This document shows positions 34,237 through 43,313 of a DNA stretch of 64,000 bases, piece by piece. Source of the DNA: Thiobacillus sp. (GTDB lineage: Bacteria > Pseudomonadota > Gammaproteobacteria > Burkholderiales > Thiobacillaceae); contig JAJPEP010000053.1 of assembly GCA_021166845.1 (NCBI GenBank), positions 28,483 to 92,482 on the forward strand. The letters run 5' to 3'. The notes below the pieces were generated by a model. That model worked only from the letters and a program-made list of their open reading frames with translations. It was not told the origin of the DNA and did no database searches. Positions within the stretch are counted from its first letter, which is position 1. Every line of letters begins with the position of its first letter. The position numbers and the translations under genes are program-made.

Positions 34237-36105
34237 CTACTCGTCCTTGCCAACCAAGTGGTAGCACGGGGCCTTTTCCATGGTGTATTCGCCGGTCACG
34301 GGGTCGCGACGCGATACCGTGAGGACGTGCCAGTTCGCGTCGTCGAGCTTCATCGCATCTCCGCGGTAGTAGTAGCCCGGCCAGCGGGTTTCCTTGCGGA
34401 ACAGGGTGTGTTGCATGACCGCTTCGGAGGTGAGATGGCGATGCTTCAGTTCCCAGGCGCGCAGCAGTTCATGGATGTCCTCGGCGGCGATCTTCTCGAG
34501 GTCTTCTTCCATGATCTTGAGTTTTTTCAGGCCGATCTGCAGCAGCTTGTCGTTGGTCATGTAGTTGACCGTTGCTCCGGCACAGTACTCGTCCATCAAC
34601 TTCTGCAGACGGTCCAGACCCTGTCGGGGGTTGATGTAGTTCGGGTTGACGCTGCCCGCGGTGATTTCGTTGCGGTAGATCCGGTAATGCTCCATCGGCT
34701 TGAAGATTTCCTCGCCGCGGCGGTGGATCTGCGCGTCGGTCACCTGGATGCCTTCGGCCTTGCCGTCGTCGATGTATTTGCACGCCGCCTTGGCGGCCAG
34801 ACGGCCTTCGGTGAACGAGCCCGACGAGAACGCGTGCGGTGTCCCGCCGACGGCATCGCCCGCGCCGAACAGGCCTTCGACCGTGGTCATGCGGTTGTAG
34901 CCCCAGTAGTATTCCGGAGGGGACACGTCCTCGGGGCCTGAACACCAGGCGCCGCAACCGGTCGCGTGCGAGCCCATCACGTACGGCTCGGAGGTGGTCA
35001 GCTCGGGGTTTTCATACTTCGGATTGACATCGGTCGCCGCCCACAGCACGGCCTGACCCACGGTCATGCCGAGGAAGTTGTGCCAGCCGATCTCCTCGAG
35101 GTGCGGATCCTGGAACGCCTCCATCGTCACCATGTGGATAGGCCCACGACCGGCGTTCACCTCGGAAATAAATGCGTGGTTGCGCAGACAGGTCGGGATG
35201 GGTTTGTGGGACAAGTGCTGGCCTTCGGTGTCCAGATATTCCTTGCCGACCATTTCGGTCAGCGCCGGGAACCACTTCGACTCGTACTCTTCGCCATTGC
35301 AGTTCTGCGTGTAGGTCTTGAGGTGCAGGAAGTAAGCCCCCACCGGACCGTAACCGTCCTTGAATCGCGCCAGCACGATGCGGTTTTCCATCTGGGTCAT
35401 TTTCGCGCCCGCCTGGATCATCAGGCCGTAGGCCGAGCCCGACGACCACGGCGCATACCAGACGCGGCCCGCGCCCTCACCGACCGAGCGCGGCTTGAAG
35501 ATGTTGGAGGCGCCGCCCGCGCCGACGATGACCGTCTTCGACTTGAAGACGTGGTAATCGCCGGTACGAACGTTGAAGCCGACCGCACCGGCCACGCGAT
35601 TCTCCTTGGCGTCATCCATCAGCAGATGGGTGACGCAGATCCGGTTGTAGACCTTGTCGGCAGATTTCTTGGCGGCCTCGGCGACGATGGGCTTGTAGGA
35701 TTCGCCGTGGATCATGATCTGCCAACGCCCCTCGCGCTGGTAGTGGCCGGTCTTGGGGTCGCGCATGATCGGCAGGCCCCACTCCTCGAACTGGTGAACG
35801 GCGGAATCGACATGACGCGCCATGTCGAACAGCAGGTCTTCGCGCACCATCCCCATCAGGTCCATGCGCGCGTAACGGACGTGATCTTCAGGCTTGTTCT
35901 CGCCCCAACGCGTGCCCATGTAGCAGTTGATCGCGTAGAGGCCCTGGGCCACCGCGCCCGAACGGTCGATGTTGGCCTTTTCGGCGATGACGATCTTCTT
36001 GCTCTGTCCCCAGTAGCGCGCTTCCCACGCGGCACCCGTGCCGCCCAGGCCCGCGCCCACGACAAGGATGTCGATGTTGTCTTCGACCACCGTGTTGTAA
36101 GCCAT
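34237..36105 (-). CDS. aprA: Adenylylsulfate (APS) reductase alpha subunit
   Basis: RSGAVAQGLYAINCY, WQIMIHGESYKP, WYAPWSSGS, ETRWPGYYYR; start MAYNTVV overlaps the aprB stop. Confidence 0.97.
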   Translation of the reverse strand: MAYNTVVEDNIDILVVGAGLGGTGAAWEARYWGQSKKIVIAEKANIDRSGAVAQGLYAINCYMGTRWGENKPEDHVRYARMDLMGMVREDLLFDMARHVDSAVHQFEEWGLPIMRDPKTGHYQREGRWQIMIHGESYKPIVAEAAKKSADKVYNRICVTHLLMDDAKENRVAGAVGFNVRTGDYHVFKSKTVIVGAGGASNIFKPRSVGEGAGRVWYAPWSSGSAYGLMIQAGAKMTQMENRIVLARFKDGYGPVGAYFLHLKTYTQNCNGEEYESKWFPALTEMVGKEYLDTEGQHLSHKPIPTCLRNHAFISEVNAGRGPIHMVTMEAFQDPHLEEIGWHNFLGMTVGQAVLWAATDVNPKYENPELTTSEPYVMGSHATGCGAWCSGPEDVSPPEYYWGYNRMTTVEGLFGAGDAVGGTPHAFSSGSFTEGRLAAKAACKYIDDGKAEGIQVTDAQIHRRGEEIFKPMEHYRIYRNEITAGSVNPNYINPRQGLDRLQKLMDEYCAGATVNYMTNDKLLQIGLKKLKIMEEDLEKIAAEDIHELLRAWELKHRHLTSEAVMQHTLFRKETRWPGYYYRGDAMKLDDANWHVLTVSRRDPVTGEYTMEKAPCYHLVGKDE

Positions 36106-36587
36106 CAGTAGTACACCCCTTCCTTCATCACGAGACCGTTCGATTCCAGCGTGTGCAGACCGCCCTCGTCCATGCGGATGTATTTGGGCTCGTTGAACAG
36201 CAGCTGGCTGTCGCGCATCGCCTGGCTCGGCGCGGGCACGTCGGAGAGTTGCGGGATGTGCTTGCCCCAGGGCTTGGTCGTGATCGGCGCCAGCAGCTCC
36301 ATGTCTTTTTCGCCGTTGCGGAACTTTATGCGCCAGGCAATGACGCCTTTTTCCTCGTCGCGGCGGACGCGCACCGAATGGCCCAGCGGGGCGAAGTCGG
36401 CGTAGCCGCGCACGTCGATCGCGTCCTGCGGGCAGGCCTTGACGCACGAGTAGCACTCCCAGCACATGTTCGGCTCGATGTTGTAGGCGCGCCGTGTGAC
36501 TTTATCGATGTGCATGATGTCTGACGGACAGATATCAACGCAGTATCCGCAGCCATCGCAACGCGTCATGTACACAAAGGTAGGCAT
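36105..36587 (-). CDS. aprB: APS reductase beta subunit
   Basis: MPTFVYMTRCDGCGYCVDICP, CWECYSCVKACP. Confidence 0.97.
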   Translation of the reverse strand: MPTFVYMTRCDGCGYCVDICPSDIMHIDKVTRRAYNIEPNMCWECYSCVKACPQDAIDVRGYADFAPLGHSVRVRRDEEKGVIAWRIKFRNGEKDMELLAPITTKPWGKHIPQLSDVPAPSQAMRDSQLLFNEPKYIRMDEGGLHTLESNGLVMKEGVYY

Positions 36588-36623
36588 GGTGTTCCTCTCG
36601 ATTCTGCTGGATTGATCGGCCTG

Positions 36624-37472
36624 TTAAAAATGGTTGGGCGCTTCACGCTTGATTCCCAATCCCATGTTGGGCGGCTTGGCGCCCATGTAGGTCGGGATAT
36701 CCGGAAACCTCGCCTGCACTTCAGGATCCGACAAATCGTAGATTGCGGGCATGCTTTCCCTCGAGCCATCCGCCTTGATGACGCGCTTCTGGAACGCGGC
36801 CGCAGGCTTGAAGAACATGTGCGCGAATTTGGACCAGTACACCGAGCCGAAGAGCAGGGTGCTGAAGGCGACGAACAACACGAGGAACAGCATGTTCAGC
36901 GCGCCGAGTCCCATGGTGAAAGACCAGAGCAGCGCGAAGGTGGCCATGCCAAGCAGGCCGATGATGAACAGGTCGCCGCGTCCGTTCAGTTGATACCACT
37001 TGACGCCCTCGCTGGCGACGTCGACACGGATGCTGAACCAGAACCAGTAACCGCCCAAGCACAGCATGGCCGCGCCCAAGTGCCAAAGTAGCGGCAGGAT
37101 GGTCGGTGCCGAATCTTCCGGGGTTGGATAGGCAAAGATCAGTATCACTGTGGTGACGACAAAAATGATGAAGCCGTACATGGTGAAGAGGTGCGAAATG
37201 CGGCGCTTTGGATTGCCGAATTCGCCCGAGGTCAGCACCTCCTTGGCAACAGTCTTCAAGGCCAGTGCGCTTTTTTCACCGGTACCTAGCGTGCGCGTCG
37301 CGTTCTTTTTGGCCTTCCTGGCATTCTCGAAAAAGTACTGGGCGCTTTTCTTGTGACGCATGTCGAGTATCGTCCCGGCCACCACCAGTAGGAGCATCAG
37401 CACGACGTATGCCTGCATGGCAGCCGGGGGTATGAGGGCGGCGAGTTCGGCGAAGGGGTTGCTAGCGATCAT
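36624..37472 (-). CDS. aprM: APS reductase membrane anchor
   Basis: Multi-TM protein directly upstream of aprB; HKKSAQYFF, WSKFAHMFFKP. Confidence 0.9.
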   Translation of the reverse strand: MIASNPFAELAALIPPAAMQAYVVLMLLLVVAGTILDMRHKKSAQYFFENARKAKKNATRTLGTGEKSALALKTVAKEVLTSGEFGNPKRRISHLFTMYGFIIFVVTTVILIFAYPTPEDSAPTILPLLWHLGAAMLCLGGYWFWFSIRVDVASEGVKWYQLNGRGDLFIIGLLGMATFALLWSFTMGLGALNMLFLVLFVAFSTLLFGSVYWSKFAHMFFKPAAAFQKRVIKADGSRESMPAIYDLSDPEVQARFPDIPTYMGAKPPNMGLGIKREAPNHF

Positions 37473-38012
37473 GGGCTCAGGTCTCCTCAGGGCTTAAAAA
37501 TACGAACACGAGCAGGTGTCGCTGGACAAGACAGCGCTGGCCGCGCGTGGACTCGGCGGCTGGTGATGGGTCTGGTCAATCCCCTGCATGAACATGGGTT
37601 GATCAGCTCTCGTCTGAATGGAGCAACGCCCGAAAGCCGGTGACGCACAGTGTGGTTTATCGGCCTTCTTGCGACACTCTGCCGGTCACATAGCGCAACT
37701 CAATTCATACACCATAGGAGTGGAAAATTTATTTTCAAGGGAAATTTGTCAGCCGAGAAAACGAGCAGCGAAAGTAGGCAGTTCTCAATGCGGAGGTTTT
37801 CTATTCGCGTCACATGGCAACCTTATTATTCGCGGCTGCACATCTCGGTTGCCGGCGCAAGCCCGCGTTTTGTCAGAACGACACTTACGACAGTATCGGC
37901 ATGCTCCGACAGGTCTGTTAATCAGTATTTATCGGATGAGACGCGCCGCGTTCGCACATAGGCAAGCCTCGCACAACCCTCATCCGCAGCATCAAGTCCG
38001 AAGGCCAATACC

Positions 38013-38215
38013 ATGCAATTCGTTTTACGATCAACGGCAAATCGATGACCGCAGCTTGGATCGATACCCCGACGACCAAGGACTTCGTCCCCTTGCTGGA
38101 GATAACGCTGGAATTGGAGACTACGCGTCCACAAAAAAGATCGCGTACTTGCCGCAAAAACTATCCCCCAAAGGTGCGCGGGCTGGCGTCGATCCCGACG
38201 TCGGCGACATCGCAA
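38013..38215 (+). pseudogene. Frameshifted cyclophilin-like-fold protein remnant
   Basis: Joined frames: IRFTINGKSMTAAWIDTPTTKDFVPLLEITLELE / DYASTKKIAYLPQKLSPKGARAGVDPDVGDIA. Confidence 0.7.
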
Positions 38216-38489
38216 AATCCGCGACGATGGCCTTGATTAAAGACAATCTGCTCCGGCTAACTGTGTTTGGCCCCTCCGAGTTGGTTACCCCCTCTTACCA
38301 ACCTTCCAAGCGGCCATTCAGTCTGAGTTCGTTTTCAGCGTCCGCAAAGCACGTGACACCTGCCGTTTAATCACACTAAGGCTACTGGCGGCTCTGGCCG
38401 AACAAGAGACAATTGGGACATTCCGCACTTGGCCGGTTGCCGCCTTACGGCAATTCATGCCATCCACGCTGTCACTCCAGTAATCGCAG

Positions 38490-40505
38490 CTAGCCCAAGC
38501 CGAAACCCAGCAGGCGGCAGGCCTGATAGACCAGCGCCGCCGCGCCCAGGGCGATGACCAGCAGCAGCGCCACGCCGAACAGCGTCCAGCCCCAGCTGCC
38601 GGTTTCCTGGCGCATGACGGCGATGGTGGCGGCGCAGGGGATGAACAGCATGGTGGCGGCGATGAAGGACAAGGCCGAAGCGGGCGGAACGGTTGCGGCG
38701 AGGGTGTCGGCGAGGCCTGCACCCTGAGCCGAGCCGTAGAGGATGCCCAGCGCGGCGATGGCATTTTCCTTGACGACGAAGCTGGCGAGCAGCGCCACCA
38801 GCAGGCGCCAGTCGAGTCCGAGCGCATTTCCGAGGGGCGCGAGGCCGTGCCCGAAGCGCGCCAGGTAGCTGTCTTCCAGGCCCGTTCCCGGAAAATAGCT
38901 CAAGGCCCAGATCAGCACCGAGATGAAGAGGATCAGGCTGCCTGCCTTGCGCAGGAAGGACCATGTGTTGGCCCAGGCGAAGCGGGCGATGCTGCGCGCA
39001 TTGGGGGTGTGGTAGAGCGGCAGTTCCATGATGAAGGCCATGTGCTCGCCGCGGAACAGCGTGCGGCTGAGCACGACACCGGTGATCGCGAGTACGACGA
39101 GGTTGGCGATCACGAAGCCGATCGCCACGAACAGGGCCTGCTCATGGAAGAAGGCCGCGGCAAGGAAGGCCAGCACCAGCAAGCGTGCGCTGCACGGCAC
39201 CAGGGGGGCGAGCAGGATGGTGAGCAGCCGCCCGCTCCGCGACTCGATCACCCGCGCGCCCATCACTGCGGGCACGTTGCAACCGAAGCCCAGGGCCAGC
39301 GGCATGAAGCTCTTGCCGTGCAGGCCGAGGTGATGCATGAAGCGGTCCATCACATAGCCTGCGCGCGCGAAGTAGCCGGTGTCTTCCAGCAGGCCGAGGG
39401 CGATGAAGAACATCAGCAGGATGGGCAGGAAGGTGAGCACGATGCCGGCGCCGCCCACCACCCCGTCGGCGAGCAGTCCGGTGAGCCAGGGCGGCGAACC
39501 CGCGAGCGCTTCGGTGACCCAGGCGCGCAGCGCCTCCACCACCGCCGTGTCGAGCCACGCCTGGGCCGGCGCGGCGATCTGGAAAGTGAGGGCGAATACC
39601 AGGGTGAACGCGGCAAGCAGGATCAGCAGGCCCCAGAACGGGTGCAGGGCGTAGCGGTCGAGTCGGTCGGTGAGGCTCACCTGGCCGAGGCGCGGCCGTT
39701 TTACCGCCGCGCGCACCATGCGGCCGATCCATTCGTAACGGCCGGCGGCGATGTCGGCCACGGCATCCTCGTGGGCGGCAAGAATCGCCGCGATCTTCTC
39801 CCAGGCCTCGTCGGCAAGCCAGGCCCGGGCAAGCGCGGTGACTTCACGGTCGCCTTCCAGCAGCTTCATCGCCACCCACTGGGTCTGGTAGGGAAGCGGC
39901 ACCTGCTCGCCCAGGCTCGCCCGCATGCTGGCGAGCATCGCGCGGTGCGGTTCGCCAATTTCGGGCCGCGAAGGTGAGAAGGCCGCCGGCTCGCGGGCCA
40001 GGCGCACCGCCTCGCTCGCCAGTTCCGCCACGCCGCGCGCCCGGCTCGCCTCCATGGGGATGACGGGCAGCCCCAGGGCGGCGGCGAGCACGTGGGGCTC
40101 GATCTCGATGCCCTCGGCACGGGCGACGTCCATCATGTTGAGGCCAAGCACCACCGGCGCCGGCAACAGCAACAGTTCGGCGAGCAGGTAGAGGTTGCGT
40201 TCCAGCGCCGCGGCATCCGCGATCATGACGATTACATCGGGGTGTTCGTGCAGGATGAAGTCGCGGGCGATGCGCTCCTCCGGCGAGTTGGCGGTGAGGC
40301 TGTAGGTGCCGGGCAGGTCGACCACGCGCACGTGAGAATCCTCATGCAGGAAGGCCCCTTCCCGCCGCTCCACCGTCTTGCCGGGCCAGTTGCCGACGTG
40401 CTGGCTCAGGCCGGTGAGCAGATTGAAAACGGTGGACTTTCCGACGTTGGGCTGGCCGGCGAGGCCGATGAGCATGGGCCTGGGTTCGCCGGTGGACGGA
40501 TTCAT
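38490..40505 (-). CDS. feoB: Ferrous iron transporter FeoB
   Basis: GQPNVGKST, VGNWPGKTVE, DLPGTYSL, GFGCNVPA, PCSAR. Confidence 0.95.
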   Translation of the reverse strand: MNPSTGEPRPMLIGLAGQPNVGKSTVFNLLTGLSQHVGNWPGKTVERREGAFLHEDSHVRVVDLPGTYSLTANSPEERIARDFILHEHPDVIVMIADAAALERNLYLLAELLLLPAPVVLGLNMMDVARAEGIEIEPHVLAAALGLPVIPMEASRARGVAELASEAVRLAREPAAFSPSRPEIGEPHRAMLASMRASLGEQVPLPYQTQWVAMKLLEGDREVTALARAWLADEAWEKIAAILAAHEDAVADIAAGRYEWIGRMVRAAVKRPRLGQVSLTDRLDRYALHPFWGLLILLAAFTLVFALTFQIAAPAQAWLDTAVVEALRAWVTEALAGSPPWLTGLLADGVVGGAGIVLTFLPILLMFFIALGLLEDTGYFARAGYVMDRFMHHLGLHGKSFMPLALGFGCNVPAVMGARVIESRSGRLLTILLAPLVPCSARLLVLAFLAAAFFHEQALFVAIGFVIANLVVLAITGVVLSRTLFRGEHMAFIMELPLYHTPNARSIARFAWANTWSFLRKAGSLILFISVLIWALSYFPGTGLEDSYLARFGHGLAPLGNALGLDWRLLVALLASFVVKENAIAALGILYGSAQGAGLADTLAATVPPASALSFIAATMLFIPCAATIAVMRQETGSWGWTLFGVALLLVIALGAAALVYQACRLLGFGLG

Positions 40506-40735
40506 GCCGGCGTTTTCTCCACCAGGACCTTGATGGCTTCGCCGCGTCCCAGCGCGATGCGGGTGTCGCGCACGCTCACCAGCATCGGGCCGTGGCCGGT
40601 GTTCTGCAGCACCACCAGCCGTGCACCCACGGTCAACCCCATGGCGGCGAGCCGGTGGACCAGTTCGCCCCCGCCGTGCAGCTGCCGTACCACGGCAGTC
40701 GCGTCTTTCGGCAGTTGGTCCAGAGAAAGGGGCGT
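40502..40735 (-). CDS. feoA: FeoA (start codon uncertain)
   Basis: RLAAMGL..G, RIALGRGEA; FeoA-like sequence extends to an ACG at 40735, and the first GTG is at 40693. Confidence 0.8.
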   Translation of the reverse strand, partial: TPLSLDQLPKDATAVVRQLHGGGELVHRLAAMGLTVGARLVVLQNTGHGPMLVSVRDTRIALGRGEAIKVLVEKTPA

Positions 40736-40739
40736 GGCG

Positions 40740-41249
40740 TTATTCGGCTTCCGGCTGGCGCAGCAGCCGCTCCATAACGAGGCCGTTCACGATCGAAAAA
40801 ACGGCGATGAGCAGCGACAGCACCAGCATGTAGCGCAGCCCGAAGTAATGCGCCACCAGGGGCAGCAGCGGCAGCTTGATGGCGCGGGCATAGAGCACCA
40901 CGGCCACCAGGGCGGTGCGCATGCCTTTGTCGCGCAGCTCGGCCAGCAATGCGTACCAGGTGTAGACCGGTCCGGTGGAGATCACGCCTGCGGCCAGCGC
41001 GAGCAGCCAGCCGCGTAGCCCCGACTCACGCCCCAGCCAGGCCCGGGTGCGCGCGGGGGTGAGAAAGCGCTCGACCAGGAACATCAGGACAAACACCAGC
41101 ACCAGCACCGGGGCGACCTCGCCGAGCATGGCCACGAAAGACGCCAGCGCCTGTTGCGCGAGATCCGGCTCGACGAGGGCCGTCGCGCCATGCGCCAGGA
41201 TCACCCCCGCCAGGAACAGCCAGCCGCCGTATTTCCGCTTGCCTTGCAT
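40740..41249 (-). CDS. Small permease subunit (DUF318/ArsP-like half)
   Basis: WLGRESG, ISTGPVYTWYALL, several TM segments. Confidence 0.75.
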   Translation of the reverse strand: MQGKRKYGGWLFLAGVILAHGATALVEPDLAQQALASFVAMLGEVAPVLVLVFVLMFLVERFLTPARTRAWLGRESGLRGWLLALAAGVISTGPVYTWYALLAELRDKGMRTALVAVVLYARAIKLPLLPLVAHYFGLRYMLVLSLLIAVFSIVNGLVMERLLRQPEAE

Positions 41250-41253
41250 GGGA

Positions 41254-41709
41254 TCAGGCCAGCAGCCGCATCACGCCCACCGTCAGCCAGGCGATGGCGA
41301 TGGCGGAAAAGAAGCACAGCAGGTTGCGGATGAGTGCGAAGCGCCTGCCCAGCAGGAGCGCCTCGGCCGGAAACTGCACGACGCCCACGGTGACCCAGCT
41401 GACGATCAGCGCGGTCACCGCGATCAGGCTGACGCCACCCGCCAGCAGTTCGCCACCGAGAATGTAGCCCGCCAGCGGGTGGCCCATGGCGACGCTGCCG
41501 ATGGCTGCGCCCAGCAGTACATCAAGGGAAGGATGGCTGCCAAACAGGGCCCGCAGGCTGGAGCTGGGCAGCCACGCGAAGATCAGGCTGGTCAACAGCA
41601 GCATCCCCAGCAGGATTGGCAGCATCTGCACGAAGCCCCGCAACGACCTGACAAGCGCCTGCCTGGCGGCGGGCGCGTTCGTATCTGGAGTCGTCTTGCC
41701 GGGGTTCAT
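41254..41709 (-). CDS. Small permease subunit (DUF318/ArsP-like half)
   Basis: GSVAMGHPLAGYILGGELL, SWVTVGVVQFPAE..LGRRFALIRN. Confidence 0.75.
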   Translation of the reverse strand: MNPGKTTPDTNAPAARQALVRSLRGFVQMLPILLGMLLLTSLIFAWLPSSSLRALFGSHPSLDVLLGAAIGSVAMGHPLAGYILGGELLAGGVSLIAVTALIVSWVTVGVVQFPAEALLLGRRFALIRNLLCFFSAIAIAWLTVGVMRLLA

Positions 41710-41912
41710 TGATTGTGCAGTCCGCGAAAGTATTCCCCGCGATACTGCATCCACTCGGTGGCAGGCTTGGCAACAACAGGCATATCGATTTTCTCGATCA
41801 GGGCATCACAGAATGAAATCTATACTCAAAAGCCGAAAGCTGCGTAGCGGATCATTCGAATCAGGAGCAATCATGCACAAGCTGAATCATTGTGCGGTGA
41901 GGGATTAGCCCG

Positions 41913-42574
41913 ATGTCCAAGTTCTCCCTCGACGTGCTCAACCGGCGCGTCTTCGCCCACACCCGCAGCGAGGACCCGGATGTCATCCTGGGTGCGGTCT
42001 TCGGCGAGGATGCCGCATTGACCCGGGTCGGCGGCGACATCCTCGCCTCGCACCTGGACCCCATCGTCGGCGCGGTGAAGGAGATCGGCTGGCTGGCGGT
42101 GCACGTGACCTGCAACGACATCGCCGCCACCGGCATCCCGCCGCGCTGGATCCTGCCGCTCGTGCTGGTGCCGCGGCCCGAGGACGACGCGCTGCTGGGC
42201 GAGATCATGGGCGATGCGCGCCGCGCCGCCGACGAGCTGGGGGTGTCCATCATCGGTGGGCATACCGGCTATTCCGCCGGGCTGTCCCGCCCGCTCGTCG
42301 CCGTGACTGCGCTCGGGGTGGCGGCAGGACGCCGGCCGGTGCGCACGAAAGGGGCGCGGGTCAGCGACCGGGTGCTGGTCACCAAGGGCGTTGGCCTGGA
42401 GGGAACGGCCATTCTGGCGCATGACTTCGCCGACGTGGCGCAGCGCCTGGGGCTCGACGAAGACACCGTGAAGGAAGCGCGCGCCCTCATGGCCAAAATC
42501 AGCTGCGTTCCCGAGGCGCTGGCCCTAGCGGATTGCGGGGCGCACGCCATGCACGACGTGATCTGCGGCGGCGT
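41913..42574 (+). pseudogene. AIR-synthase (PurM/HypE-like) family protein, C-terminally truncated
   Basis: GEDAA, DPIVGA, CNDIA, GGHT, AMHDV-x-GG, after which similarity ends. Confidence 0.75.
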
Positions 42575-43270
42575 CACGGCGACCATGTGCCCCTGCCGAA
42601 CCCCTACCAGCTCGGTTTCATGGACTTGCCGCCATGCATCAAAACCCTGCGCGTCTGGAGCCTGTCTCCCGCAGGCCAGAGCCATACCAGCCAGGCTCGC
42701 GCCCGCGACCTGATGGATCTGCTGGGACCGCATTTCCAGGTGGCGGAGGGGCTCGCCGACGGCCCCCTGCGCTTCTCCCATGCGGTGCCCCACGGAATCG
42801 GCGGCTTGCCTTTCGGCAGCGTGATGCTGACCCGCGTCGACCTGGGCGGTCGCGTCTTCGTGCACGCCTCCGACATCCAACTGCTGGAGACGGCAACCAT
42901 CGACCATATCCTCGACTGGGCGCCGCATTGGGTTCTGGCCGCCGGTCCGCCCCTGTACCTCGGCGGACTCGATGCCGGACAGCGCGCCCGCGCCCGGGCC
43001 AACGCCCGGCGCCTGGCCGCGGGGGTCGGCACCCTCATCCTCGACCATCACCTGATGCGCTCGCTGGAAGGACTGGACTGGCTGGAAAGCCTTTCATCCG
43101 AGGTGGGCCGCCGGATCTATTGCGCCGCCGATTTCATGGGACGTACCAGGCAACTTCTGGAGGCCCGGCGGCGCGAGCTCTACGCGACCATGCCGGTGCG
43201 GGCAGGCTGGCATGTCGACTACGCACGCGGGCTGGCAAAGGTCGAGGACTTCGCCTTGTTCGGCGCCTGA
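42575..43270 (+). pseudogene. MBL-fold (UPF0282-like) protein, N-terminally truncated
   Basis: Begins at HGDHVPL-PNPYQL with no start or RBS; VHASDIQ, LDHHLMRS, CAADFMG. Confidence 0.65.
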
Positions 43271-43313
43271 ACCCGCCACAAGGGATGCGCCGCCCCTCTG
43301 CGGAAAACCTGCT

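Noticed and set aside
36103-36107. Sec read-through at the aprB TGA
   Set aside because: It is an ordinary TGATG stop/start overlap with aprA, and AprB is complete
36106-36465. N-terminal extension of AprA in the ORF track
   Set aside because: It overlaps aprB in another frame; the true start is MAYNTVV at 36105
37618-38370. 250-aa plus-strand ORF as a real gene
   Set aside because: Atypical composition; only a short internal stretch belongs to a frameshifted cyclophilin-like pseudogene
41913-42713. AIR-synthase-fold ORF as the missing selD
   Set aside because: It lacks the N-terminal Cys/Sec-x-x-Lys catalytic motif of SelD and is truncated
28330-43300. attR copy of the tRNA-Sec 3' end delimiting an island
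   Set aside because: No convincing repeat was found by eye, so island boundaries remain undefined
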